A stretch of DNA of 64,000 nt. Origin: Thermotogota bacterium (GTDB taxonomy: Bacteria; Thermotogota; Thermotogae; Petrotogales; Petrotogaceae). Location: contig JBNJGY010000001.1 in NCBI GenBank assembly GCA_051748045.1, positions 64,001-128,000 on the forward strand, written 5' to 3'. The translations under genes and the position numbers were made by a program. Under the pieces are notes generated by a model. The model did not search any database. It was not told the DNA's origin and was given only the letters and a program-made list of their open reading frames with translations. Positions 52,311 to 61,453 of this stretch are shown here, one piece after another. Position 1 is the first letter of the stretch, and every line of letters begins with the position of its first letter.

Positions 52311-52336
52311 GAAAAGATGGGAGATATCTCCCATCC
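52311..52336 (-). terminator. Terminator after binding protein 2
   Basis: GATGGGAGAT-ATCTCCCATC palindrome followed by TTTT on the minus strand. Confidence 0.75.
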
Positions 52337-52355
52337 TATTTAATTATAACAAATA

Positions 52356-54116
52356 TTATTGTTCTTTCCAAACTCCCCAAGATCTATGTAAAGTTCCTAC
52401 AAATGGTCTTGGTGTATCAATCATTAAATGTAAATCATCTTGAACTGCTACTAATATATTTTGTGCAAATGTATAAATTAGTGGTTGATGTTCAGCTAAA
52501 TTATTATTCCATTCTGTGAATAATTCTGTCAATTTCTCATCATCAAGAGTTGCTTTTTGTGTTCTGAAAATTTCGTCATTTCTTTTTTCAAATTCTGGTA
52601 AATAATAATCTTCTTCATCTAATAAACCAGGATTATTTTGAGCTAAATATTCAGGTGAATAATTCCAGAAATGTAATCCACCATTTAACTGCCATGTGTT
52701 CCATCCGTCATTAGGATCTGGTGTGTCTCCTGTTAATCTTATTATAACTGATTGATAATTAGCTGCCATCAAATCAGAAACTAGAGTATTAAATTGAATA
52801 GGTCTAAAATTAACTTTAATTCCTAATTTACTTAGAGAATCAGATAAAATATTACCTATTTCAACCCAAACAGTTGTTGAAACATTTGTAGTTAGTTCAA
52901 ATTCAACAGGGTTTCCTTCTGGACCTATTAAGTTACCTTCTGAATCCCAAGTAAATCCACCTTGTTGTAATTCTCTTCTTGCTCTAGCTAATGAATATCT
53001 ATAACCTAATGAATCTATAAATTCTTTATCGTAATATTTCATTCCTTCTGTTTGGTCTGTATAAACTGCGGAACCTAAACCATTTAATTGGTTATCTACA
53101 ATTGTTTCTCTATCTAATGCGTAAGATACAGCTCTTCTAAAGTTAACATTTCTAAACCACACTCTTTGTTCTTCAACAGGTGAGTTCCAATTAAATGCAA
53201 CAAAACTTGGACCTGGAACTAAGTCTCCAACCATTGTTGTATAAGAAGAAGTAGATTCTTTTTCTTTCATAGAAACATAATTAGAAGCTGATAATGCTAA
53301 AATATCTAATTCTCCTGATTGGAACTTAAGAACTTCTGTTTCGTTGTTTTGAACTATTTGATAAACAATTTTGTCTAAGTATGGTAATTGTACTCCATCT
53401 TTTGATTTTGCATAAAAATGAGGATTTCTTTCTAAATCTACTCTAATACCTTCTCTATAATCAGCAATAACAAAAGGTCCAGTACCAACTATATCATCTA
53501 ATTGTTCTATTGTCCATGTTTGTGCAAAAGCTTGAGGATCATCAGCAACATCTTCAAATTTGTGTTTAGGAATAATTGTTGTAAATCCTATAGTTGATAC
53601 AGCTGTTCTTAGTTGAGAATCTTCATAAGTGAACTTTATTGTGTTATCTTCAATTACTTCAAGTGTAGGAAGATTATCATTGTCGTCTTTATATGTATCA
53701 TTACCATTTGCTGTCATCTCAGCTACTAAAGCAACTTTTTCAAATGTGAATACAACATCTTCCACAGTCAAAGGAGTTCCATCTGACCATTTAACACCTT
53801 TTCTTAGTTTGAAATATATTTCCATTCCACCATTATCTGTAGTTTCTGTCCAATATTCGCTTGCTAATCTTGGTTCTGTAATGAATCCATAATCATCTTG
53901 ACCTAATAAAGCACCCATGTACCAATCCATTATGTCGGTAGATGATGTTTCTTGAGCCCAATAAGGGTTTAATGTTTTTGGTCCTGATGTTTCTGATAAA
54001 TAAAGAGTTCCCCCTCTTTGACCGCCTTCAACGTCAGCGACCATCCATTCAACTTCTTCAGCGAAAACGAATAAAGTTGAAACTAAAACTAGTAGTAAAA
54101 CAAACAGTTTTCTCAT
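52356..54116 (-). CDS. Family 5 (OppA/DppA) ABC substrate-binding protein, paralogue 2
   Basis: Same motifs as paralogue 1 (LRKGVKWSDG, GTGPF, LPYLD). Confidence 0.93.
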   Translation of the reverse strand: MRKLFVLLLVLVSTLFVFAEEVEWMVADVEGGQRGGTLYLSETSGPKTLNPYWAQETSSTDIMDWYMGALLGQDDYGFITEPRLASEYWTETTDNGGMEIYFKLRKGVKWSDGTPLTVEDVVFTFEKVALVAEMTANGNDTYKDDNDNLPTLEVIEDNTIKFTYEDSQLRTAVSTIGFTTIIPKHKFEDVADDPQAFAQTWTIEQLDDIVGTGPFVIADYREGIRVDLERNPHFYAKSKDGVQLPYLDKIVYQIVQNNETEVLKFQSGELDILALSASNYVSMKEKESTSSYTTMVGDLVPGPSFVAFNWNSPVEEQRVWFRNVNFRRAVSYALDRETIVDNQLNGLGSAVYTDQTEGMKYYDKEFIDSLGYRYSLARARRELQQGGFTWDSEGNLIGPEGNPVEFELTTNVSTTVWVEIGNILSDSLSKLGIKVNFRPIQFNTLVSDLMAANYQSVIIRLTGDTPDPNDGWNTWQLNGGLHFWNYSPEYLAQNNPGLLDEEDYYLPEFEKRNDEIFRTQKATLDDEKLTELFTEWNNNLAEHQPLIYTFAQNILVAVQDDLHLMIDTPRPFVGTLHRSWGVWKEQ

Positions 54117-54193
54117 AAAATCCCTCCTATAAATATTATCCTCAACCCACTGAGTAATATATTATAGATTTGTATTAATTTTAAAGCTTACAA

Positions 54194-55870
54194 TTAATGA
54201 CCTAATGATCTTGGATCTAATGCATCCCTAATTGCATCACCGAACAAGTTATAGGAAATAACTGTAACGAATATAAATAAACCTGGTAACAATAACCATG
54301 GATAATTAGTTAAAGCTTCAATGTTTTGAGCCTGAGAAAGCATAAGTCCCCAAGAAGCGGAAGGCTCTGTAATACCAATTCCCAAGAAACTCAATCCTGC
54401 TTCACCTAGAATATATTGTGGAACTTGTAGAGTAGCAGAAACAATAACATAAGTTGCTGTATTTGGTAATAAATGTTTTCTTATAACTCTACTTGGTGGA
54501 TAACCCATAGCAATTGCTGCTTCAACAAATTCAGATTGTTTGAGTCCTAAAGTCATTCCTCTTATAACCCTTGTCATACCTGGCCATCCAATAAACGAAA
54601 GTATGACGATGATAAACAGATATCGTAGCGCTGGACTAATACCCGAAGGCAGAACAGCTGCTAAAGAAATAATCAAATAGAATCCTGGTATGGACATAAG
54701 AATTTCAGTAATTCTCATTAAGATTTCATCAGTCCAACCACCATAGTATCCTGCTACACCACCAAGGAATAAACCTATAGTGAAAGTAATAGCTATACCA
54801 ATAAGACCTATTGTCAAAGATATTCTTGAACCATATAATATTCTACTAAACATATCTCTTCCATATTTATCAGCCCCCCATGGATAGTAGATACCATCAT
54901 CTGAAGTATGGTCACTGTATTCTGGAAGCATACTTTTTTCAACACCAAATAAATGTATATCAGATGGTATAAAACCTAAAAGATCGTACTCCCAAGATTT
55001 TACAAACCATTCTAAATCATATCTTTTAAAACTAACTGCTTCTAAATCTTCTGGAAAGATTTCTAAAGGAAATACATTAAAATCATCAAATATTACTTCA
55101 ACATAATCTAAACTTCTGTAATGTGCTACTTCTAATATTTCTTTGCCTTCTAAAAGAGGGCCATATTTAAAATGTTCTTTATATTCTTCCAATGCATAAT
55201 CTCTTTCATCAGTTCTTACTCTAACTTCTCCACCAGAGATTAAATTTGAAAAATTAGAAGAGTACATTCCATCAATCATTTCAGGGTTGGAACTTATATT
55301 ATCTCCTTGAAAATAAAATAAAGGAATTAAACTTCTTGGTGCCTGTCTTGAAGAATCTAATTCTATCCATTCTCCATCTGTAGTTCGAGCTCTTATAACT
55401 TCATTAAATACATATTGTACATTTGATACAGTTGCTTCATATGTATCGTTATATTGACCCAATTCAAGAGTTTCAGTAACATCTTCAAAAGCGTCGTAAA
55501 CTCTAAATTTATTGAAATGAGTAGCTTCTACAAATTCACCTTTTCTTGTTATTGGATCTCTAGTCAAATCATATAAATATACATGTCTTTTTACTTTTTC
55601 ACCTGTTATTTGATCAGTGGTGAATGTATCCATAGGCTGTAAATATCTATACTTTATGTGATTGTTATATGGATCCATTGGTGAAAAAAAGTCTGCAAAT
55701 ATTGCTAACAAATATAATACTATTAATATAAACATAGCAGTAAGTCCTAGTTTATGTCTTTTTAATATTCTCCAAACCAATTGAGGCATGGAGAGAAATT
55801 CGTTTTCAAAAATTTCTTCATTTGACTTATTCTCTATGTTCTTAGATTGTTCTTTCTTTTTCTTTGCCAT
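54194..55870 (-). CDS. Opp/Dpp ABC permease (OppC-like) with a large extracytoplasmic insertion
   Basis: GADKYGRDMFSRILYG, EFVEAA loop, EAGLSFLGIG, GDAIRDALDPR; 558 aa. Confidence 0.92.
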   Translation of the reverse strand: MAKKKKEQSKNIENKSNEEIFENEFLSMPQLVWRILKRHKLGLTAMFILIVLYLLAIFADFFSPMDPYNNHIKYRYLQPMDTFTTDQITGEKVKRHVYLYDLTRDPITRKGEFVEATHFNKFRVYDAFEDVTETLELGQYNDTYEATVSNVQYVFNEVIRARTTDGEWIELDSSRQAPRSLIPLFYFQGDNISSNPEMIDGMYSSNFSNLISGGEVRVRTDERDYALEEYKEHFKYGPLLEGKEILEVAHYRSLDYVEVIFDDFNVFPLEIFPEDLEAVSFKRYDLEWFVKSWEYDLLGFIPSDIHLFGVEKSMLPEYSDHTSDDGIYYPWGADKYGRDMFSRILYGSRISLTIGLIGIAITFTIGLFLGGVAGYYGGWTDEILMRITEILMSIPGFYLIISLAAVLPSGISPALRYLFIIVILSFIGWPGMTRVIRGMTLGLKQSEFVEAAIAMGYPPSRVIRKHLLPNTATYVIVSATLQVPQYILGEAGLSFLGIGITEPSASWGLMLSQAQNIEALTNYPWLLLPGLFIFVTVISYNLFGDAIRDALDPRSLGH

Positions 55871-55885
55871 AAATTTATCCCTCCA

Positions 55886-56857
55886 TTAGCCTAATCTTAG
55901 TCTTACTCTTGGATCAACTGCTGCTAATAAAATATCAGCAATTAAATTACCTACAATTAATAATAAAGCACTAAGCATCAAATTCGCCATAACCAAAAAT
56001 ATGTCCTGTTGTTCTAATGCTTCAATAATCAAACTTCCCATACCAGGCCATGAAAATACTCTTTCGGTTAAAACTGCTCCTCCGAGCAAAGTAGCAATAT
56101 TAAAACCTAAGGCTGTAACAACTGGATTTATGGCATTTCTCATAGCATGCTTATAAGTTACTATTTTACTAGGCATACCTTTCGCTCTAGCAAATTCCAC
56201 GTAATCTTTATTAAGTTCATCTAGCAATTGTCCTCTCATAACCCTCATAGTACCAGCTAGTCCAGCAGTACCTAGAGTTACCATCGGACCAATAACATGC
56301 CAAAAATAATCAACCATTTGTTGGAACCAATTCATATCATCAAATCCTAAAGAAATTATTCCCCCTATTGGGAATAGTCCCGTAGCGGCGGCCATAAATA
56401 GCCATAACAAAGCAAAGAAAAAATTTGGAATAGAAATTCCAATAAAACCAAATGTTGATAATGCTTGGTCTGTAAATGTGTACTGTTTAAGTGCACCAAC
56501 AATACCCAGCGGGATACCTATCCCCCAGGTAAAAATGAATGTCGTTATACTCAGAAGTAAAGTTGCTTCTAATCTTCTAAAAAGAATATTCCAAACAGGG
56601 ACTTTATAAGTGAATGAGAATCCCCAATCTCCTTGTACAATATTTCCTAACCAAATGAAATATTGAGTAACAGGATCTTTATCTAAGCCAAACTGAGTCT
56701 CCAAAGTATCTATTTGTTCTTTTGAGATACTAGGATTTAATCTGTACTGATCCAAGAAATCCCCAGGTGCTGCTTGAATAACAAAAAAAGCAACAATTGA
56801 AACCCCAATCAATACAGGGATTGCCATAATCAGCCTTCTGATAATGTACTTAAGCAA
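55886..56857 (-). CDS. Opp/Dpp ABC permease (OppB-like)
   Basis: YIIRRL, APGD, GLDKD, DYVEFARAKG, DPRVR. Confidence 0.95.
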   Translation of the reverse strand: MLKYIIRRLIMAIPVLIGVSIVAFFVIQAAPGDFLDQYRLNPSISKEQIDTLETQFGLDKDPVTQYFIWLGNIVQGDWGFSFTYKVPVWNILFRRLEATLLLSITTFIFTWGIGIPLGIVGALKQYTFTDQALSTFGFIGISIPNFFFALLWLFMAAATGLFPIGGIISLGFDDMNWFQQMVDYFWHVIGPMVTLGTAGLAGTMRVMRGQLLDELNKDYVEFARAKGMPSKIVTYKHAMRNAINPVVTALGFNIATLLGGAVLTERVFSWPGMGSLIIEALEQQDIFLVMANLMLSALLLIVGNLIADILLAAVDPRVRLRLG

Positions 56858-56932
56858 GATGAGCTACCTCCTTTTGTTAATTAAAAGGGCAGGAAAAAGC
56901 TTCCCGCCCTCCCTTTTATCTAATTATTTAAA

Positions 56933-58666
56933 TTATTGTTCTTTCCAAAGTCCCCATGGTCTCCAGAGTACTCCTGCTAGAGGATTTGGAGAAGGGTTAT
57001 AAATATGTAATTCTTCTACATGAGCAAATAATACATTTTGAGAAACTGTGTAAACAACTATTTGATTTTCAGCAACTAACATTTGCCATTCGTCCCATAA
57101 TGATTGTAATTTTTCTTCATCGAAAATTGATTTATTGGTTCTCATTATTTCGTCTATTCTTCTTTCTGCATCTGATGCCCAATATTCATCTGGGTCTACC
57201 CAATCTTGTACTTCTGGGTGCCAGTTCCAGAAATGAAGTCCACCATCAAGTGCCCAAACATTTGAACCCCATGCTGGGTCGTCTCCACCTGATAAACCAA
57301 GAATTATTGCGTCCCAATCAGCTGAATAAAGTTGTCCAACTAAAGTGTTAAATTGAACTGGTCTAAATTCAACATTAATTCCTAATTTTGATAATGAGTC
57401 AACTAAAATATTTCCTATTTCTTCTCTTGTGTTATTTCCTGAGTTTGTGCTTAAAGAAAATTCAACTACATTACCGTCTGAATCTATTAATTGTCCTGCA
57501 TTGTTCCAGTCAAATCCACCTTGTTGTAATTTTCTTCTAGCCATAGCTAAAGAATATCTGTAACCAAGGTCTTCCATTTCTGGATTATAGAATGCAGATG
57601 ATCTTGATCTTGGTCCGTACATTGGTTCTCCAAGTCCATTCATCAATGTATCTATAACTGATTGTTTATCAAAAGCATAAGCAACAGCTTGTCTAAAGTT
57701 AGTATTTCTGAACCATTCTCTATGAATTGGATCTACTGCATTATGGTTGAAAGCAATAAATTGAGAATTGTTTGATGGTCCACCTATAATTGTTTCCCAA
57801 TTTTTTTCAGAAGCTTGCGCTCTAATTGAAGGGAAATTTTCAGCTGTAGGTGCAAAAACATCAATTTCTCCTGCTTCGAATTTAAGTCTTTCAGTGTTTA
57901 AATCTTGAACGATTTGATAAATAATTTTATCTAAGTATGGTAATTGTACTCCATCTGCTGATTTTGCATAGTAATAAGGGTTTCTTTCTAATACTACTCT
58001 TACACCTTCTACATAATCAGTAACAACGAAAGCACCTAAACCAATAACGTCATCAATTTGTTCTACTGTCCATGTTTGTGCAAATGTATCTGGGTCTGAA
58101 ACTTTGTCTTCAAATTTGTGTTTTGGGAAAACTGCAATATTTCCACCCAAAGCATTAAATCCAAATCTGAATTTTGTTGGATAAACAAAAGTAAGATGAT
58201 TACCTTCTACTATTAATTCAGGTAAGTTTCCTTGTTCATCTTGATATACATCATTACCATCAGCTAGCATACCATCAGGAACAATTATTTTTTCCCATGT
58301 GAATACGATATCATCAATAGTGAATGGTGTACCATCTGACCAAGTTAATCCTTCTCTTACTATGAAATGATAAGCTGTTCCACCGTCTTCTGTTTGTTCC
58401 ATCCAGAATTCTTTTGCTAATCCTGGGTCTGCCCATTGAGCTCTGTTGTTAGTGTGTAATAATGTGTCTCTAAAATAATCTGTGATATCTGTTGATGATG
58501 TTTCCTGAGCCCAATATTCGTTCAAAGTTTTAGGACCTGAAGTTGTACTTAAATATAAAGTACCTCCTTTTTGTCCACCTTCTACATCTTCAATTAGCCA
58601 TTCTGGTTCTGCAAATACGAATAAAGATGTTAATAAAACAAGCGTAAATACCAAAAGCTTTTTCAT
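56933..58666 (-). CDS. Family 5 (OppA/DppA) ABC substrate-binding protein, paralogue 3
   Basis: Same motifs; lies between the ATPases and the permeases. Confidence 0.93.
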   Translation of the reverse strand: MKKLLVFTLVLLTSLFVFAEPEWLIEDVEGGQKGGTLYLSTTSGPKTLNEYWAQETSSTDITDYFRDTLLHTNNRAQWADPGLAKEFWMEQTEDGGTAYHFIVREGLTWSDGTPFTIDDIVFTWEKIIVPDGMLADGNDVYQDEQGNLPELIVEGNHLTFVYPTKFRFGFNALGGNIAVFPKHKFEDKVSDPDTFAQTWTVEQIDDVIGLGAFVVTDYVEGVRVVLERNPYYYAKSADGVQLPYLDKIIYQIVQDLNTERLKFEAGEIDVFAPTAENFPSIRAQASEKNWETIIGGPSNNSQFIAFNHNAVDPIHREWFRNTNFRQAVAYAFDKQSVIDTLMNGLGEPMYGPRSRSSAFYNPEMEDLGYRYSLAMARRKLQQGGFDWNNAGQLIDSDGNVVEFSLSTNSGNNTREEIGNILVDSLSKLGINVEFRPVQFNTLVGQLYSADWDAIILGLSGGDDPAWGSNVWALDGGLHFWNWHPEVQDWVDPDEYWASDAERRIDEIMRTNKSIFDEEKLQSLWDEWQMLVAENQIVVYTVSQNVLFAHVEELHIYNPSPNPLAGVLWRPWGLWKEQ

Positions 58667-58774
58667 AAAAAAGCCCTCCCCTCTGAGTAAGTTTCAAAAA
58701 TTTGATATAACTGACATTCCCTAATATTATTTTTAAACATTTTTTGATTATTTATAATTCCCTAATATTATAAA

Positions 58775-59956
58775 TTAATCACCTTTAACAATTTCATTTT
58801 CTTTGTGTAGGTAGCAAGCTACAAAATGTTTGTCATTTATTGAATAATATGGAGGATATTTTTGCTTACATTCATCCATTGCAAACTTACATCTCGGATT
58901 AAAAAAACATCCTTTTGGTCTATTCATTGGACTAGGTACTTGACCTGAAATGATAAACTGTTTTCTGTCTCTTCTTTTATTTGGATCTGGTACAGGAGCA
59001 GCATTAAGTAAAGCTTGAGCATATGGATGTTCTGGTTTATCAAAAACTTCATCTCCAACACCATATTCAACCATTCTACCTAAATACATTACTCCTACAT
59101 AATTTGAAATATATCTTACAACACCCAAATCATGGGAAATAAATAAATATCCTGCATTTAACTTATCTTGTAAGTCTTTTAATAATTTTATAATTTGAGC
59201 TTGAACTGAAACATCTAAAGCACTAGTTGGTTCATCCAGAATAATTAAATTTGGATCTAATACAATAGATCTTGCAACTGCAACCCTTTGTCGTTGTCCA
59301 CCAGAGAATTGGTGTGGATATCTATCTGCATGATAAGCTTTTAAACCAACAGTCCTTAACATGTCAAGTATTCTTTCTTTTGCTTGTAATTTGTTTTTAA
59401 CAACTCCATGGAAAAGTAAAGGTTCCATCAATGCTTGCCCAACTGTCATTCTAGGATTCAATGATGATGTTGGATCTTGGAAAACAATTTGAACATTTCT
59501 TCTGAAGTTCATTCTTTTCTTTTTAATATCTTTCATCATATAATCGTAGAACTTAGATTCTCCGTTGTCAAAGTAGTATTTATAGTATTGATTTTCATGT
59601 TTTTCTGTATTAGCAATTACTCCATCTACTGATTTGTATTTTTTCTTAAGTTCTTCAGCTTTTTGAACATATTCTCTTTTTAAGAAATCTATTGCCTCTC
59701 TTTTTTTCATGAATAGATGTGATGTTTCTTTGTCATCTATCATTATTTTACCTGCTGATGGGTCATGAAGTCTAAGAATTGTTTTACCAATTGTAGTTTT
59801 ACCACAACCTGATTCTCCAACTAATCCGTAAGTTTCTCCTCTTTCAAGATGAAGACTTACATCATCAACAGCTTTTACATGACCTACTGTTTTTTCTATA
59901 ACAAAACCGTGCTTAACGGGAAAGTATTTTTTTAAGTTCTTAACTCTTAATAACAT
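58775..59956 (-). CDS. Opp/Dpp ABC ATPase (OppF-like) with internal insertion
   Basis: GESGCGKT, FSGGQRQR, ILDEPTSALD, C-terminal C..C..C..C oligo_HPY domain. Confidence 0.95.
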   Translation of the reverse strand: MLLRVKNLKKYFPVKHGFVIEKTVGHVKAVDDVSLHLERGETYGLVGESGCGKTTIGKTILRLHDPSAGKIMIDDKETSHLFMKKREAIDFLKREYVQKAEELKKKYKSVDGVIANTEKHENQYYKYYFDNGESKFYDYMMKDIKKKRMNFRRNVQIVFQDPTSSLNPRMTVGQALMEPLLFHGVVKNKLQAKERILDMLRTVGLKAYHADRYPHQFSGGQRQRVAVARSIVLDPNLIILDEPTSALDVSVQAQIIKLLKDLQDKLNAGYLFISHDLGVVRYISNYVGVMYLGRMVEYGVGDEVFDKPEHPYAQALLNAAPVPDPNKRRDRKQFIISGQVPSPMNRPKGCFFNPRCKFAMDECKQKYPPYYSINDKHFVACYLHKENEIVKGD

Positions 59957-61020
59957 TATTTATCCTCCTCCGTTTTTGCAACTTTGTCTCCATCGCTTAC
60001 TTTATCAGTATTATAAGGATTGAAACATCTTAATAAATGTCCTTTTTCTACTTCCACCAATTCAGGCCATTCTTCTCTACATCTATCTGTGGCCCTAGGA
60101 CATCTTGGTAAAAATGGACATAAAGCAGGAGGATTTAACATAATTGGTGGCTGACCTTTAATAGGGTTTAATTCATCTTTTTTGATATCATGCCTTGGAA
60201 TACAAGATAACAGAGCATGTGTATAAGGATGCATAGGTCTATCAAAGATAGTATATACATCAGCCATTTCCATTTGGTTCCCACCATACATAACTAAAAC
60301 TTTGTCAGCAATTTCAGCCACAACTGATAAATCATGTGTGATATAAACCATTGCTGTGTTAAATTCATTCTGTAGATCTTTCATCAACTCAAGAATTTGC
60401 GCTTGAATTGTAACGTCCAAAGCAGTTGTAGGTTCATCAGCAATTAATACTTCCGGATTACAAGATAGACTGATAGCTATAATGATTCTCTGTCTTTGTC
60501 CTCCAGAGAACTGAAATGGATAATCATCCAGTCTTTCTTCAGCATTTGGCAAACCAACTGTAGTGAGCAAATCAATTGCTCTTTTTCTTGCTTCCTCAAT
60601 AGTGACATCTTGATGATAAACTATAGTTTCTATCATCTGGTCTGCTACTGTGTACATTGGATTTAAAGAAGCCATTGGATCTTGGAATACCATTCCAATA
60701 TGCTTACCTCTTATCCTTGTAAAAGCTTTATTATTTAATTTTGCCAAATTCACATATTCTTTCTCTCCGTTTTTTGAAAATTCGTCGGTTTTGAAAAGAA
60801 TTTGTGTGCCTTCTGCTAAGTAACCAGGTTTCTTAATCATACCCATTACGGATTTCATTGTTACTGATTTACCCGAACCCGTTTCTCCAACTACCCCTAG
60901 TGCTTCATTCATGTTGAGCTCAAAAGAAACTCCGTTAACAGCTTTAACTTTTCCTTCAGCTATGTCGAAGTAAGTTTTAAGATCTTTCACAATCAAAACT
61001 GGTTCGTTCAATATTCTCAC
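59956..61020 (-). CDS. Opp/Dpp ABC ATPase (OppD-like)
   Basis: GETGSGKS, FSGGQRQR, IADEPTTALD, HPYT. Confidence 0.95.
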   Translation of the reverse strand: MRILNEPVLIVKDLKTYFDIAEGKVKAVNGVSFELNMNEALGVVGETGSGKSVTMKSVMGMIKKPGYLAEGTQILFKTDEFSKNGEKEYVNLAKLNNKAFTRIRGKHIGMVFQDPMASLNPMYTVADQMIETIVYHQDVTIEEARKRAIDLLTTVGLPNAEERLDDYPFQFSGGQRQRIIIAISLSCNPEVLIADEPTTALDVTIQAQILELMKDLQNEFNTAMVYITHDLSVVAEIADKVLVMYGGNQMEMADVYTIFDRPMHPYTHALLSCIPRHDIKKDELNPIKGQPPIMLNPPALCPFLPRCPRATDRCREEWPELVEVEKGHLLRCFNPYNTDKVSDGDKVAKTEEDK

Positions 61021-61048
61021 CCCAATGTATTAAATTCATCTAAGATAT

Positions 61049-61078
61049 ATTATAATAAATATGAAGATTAAATGTCAA
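61049..61078 (-). promoter_or_regulatory. Consensus sigma70 promoter of the Opp-family operon
   Basis: TTGACA-18 bp-TATAAT on the minus strand. Confidence 0.75.
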
Positions 61079-61206
61079 GTGTTAAATTTTTTGTTAAACT
61101 TGAATATAACTCATAGCCCTTGAATAATTAGATTTATTGAAAAATATTTCAATATTTTAAAATATTTTCTTTTTTAAGAAATTAATTTCATAAAGGAGGC
61201 TTTATA

Positions 61207-61440
61207 ATGCGTTTAGACAAGTTTTTAAAGAAAAATAGAATAATTAAAAGAAGGGTGGTTGCTCATGATTTATGTGTAAATGGTAAAGTATTAAAAGATA
61301 ACAGAGAATTAAAACCTGGTTACGACATTAAAGATGGAGATAGAATATTAATTGACTTTGGAAAAAAATTATTGGAAATAGAAGCTTTAGAAAATGACGA
61401 TTTCAAAATAGTTAAAGAAGAATTCAAAGAAGGGGAATAA
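61207..61440 (+). CDS. S4-domain RNA-binding protein (RqcP/YabO-like)
   Basis: MRLDKFLK..RIIKRR..A...C..GKV. Confidence 0.9.
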   Translation: MRLDKFLKKNRIIKRRVVAHDLCVNGKVLKDNRELKPGYDIKDGDRILIDFGKKLLEIEALENDDFKIVKEEFKEGE

Positions 61441-61453
61441 CCCCTTCTTTTTT
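61426..61453. terminator. Terminator between convergent genes
   Basis: AAAGAAGGGG-N5-CCCCTTCTTT. Confidence 0.75.
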
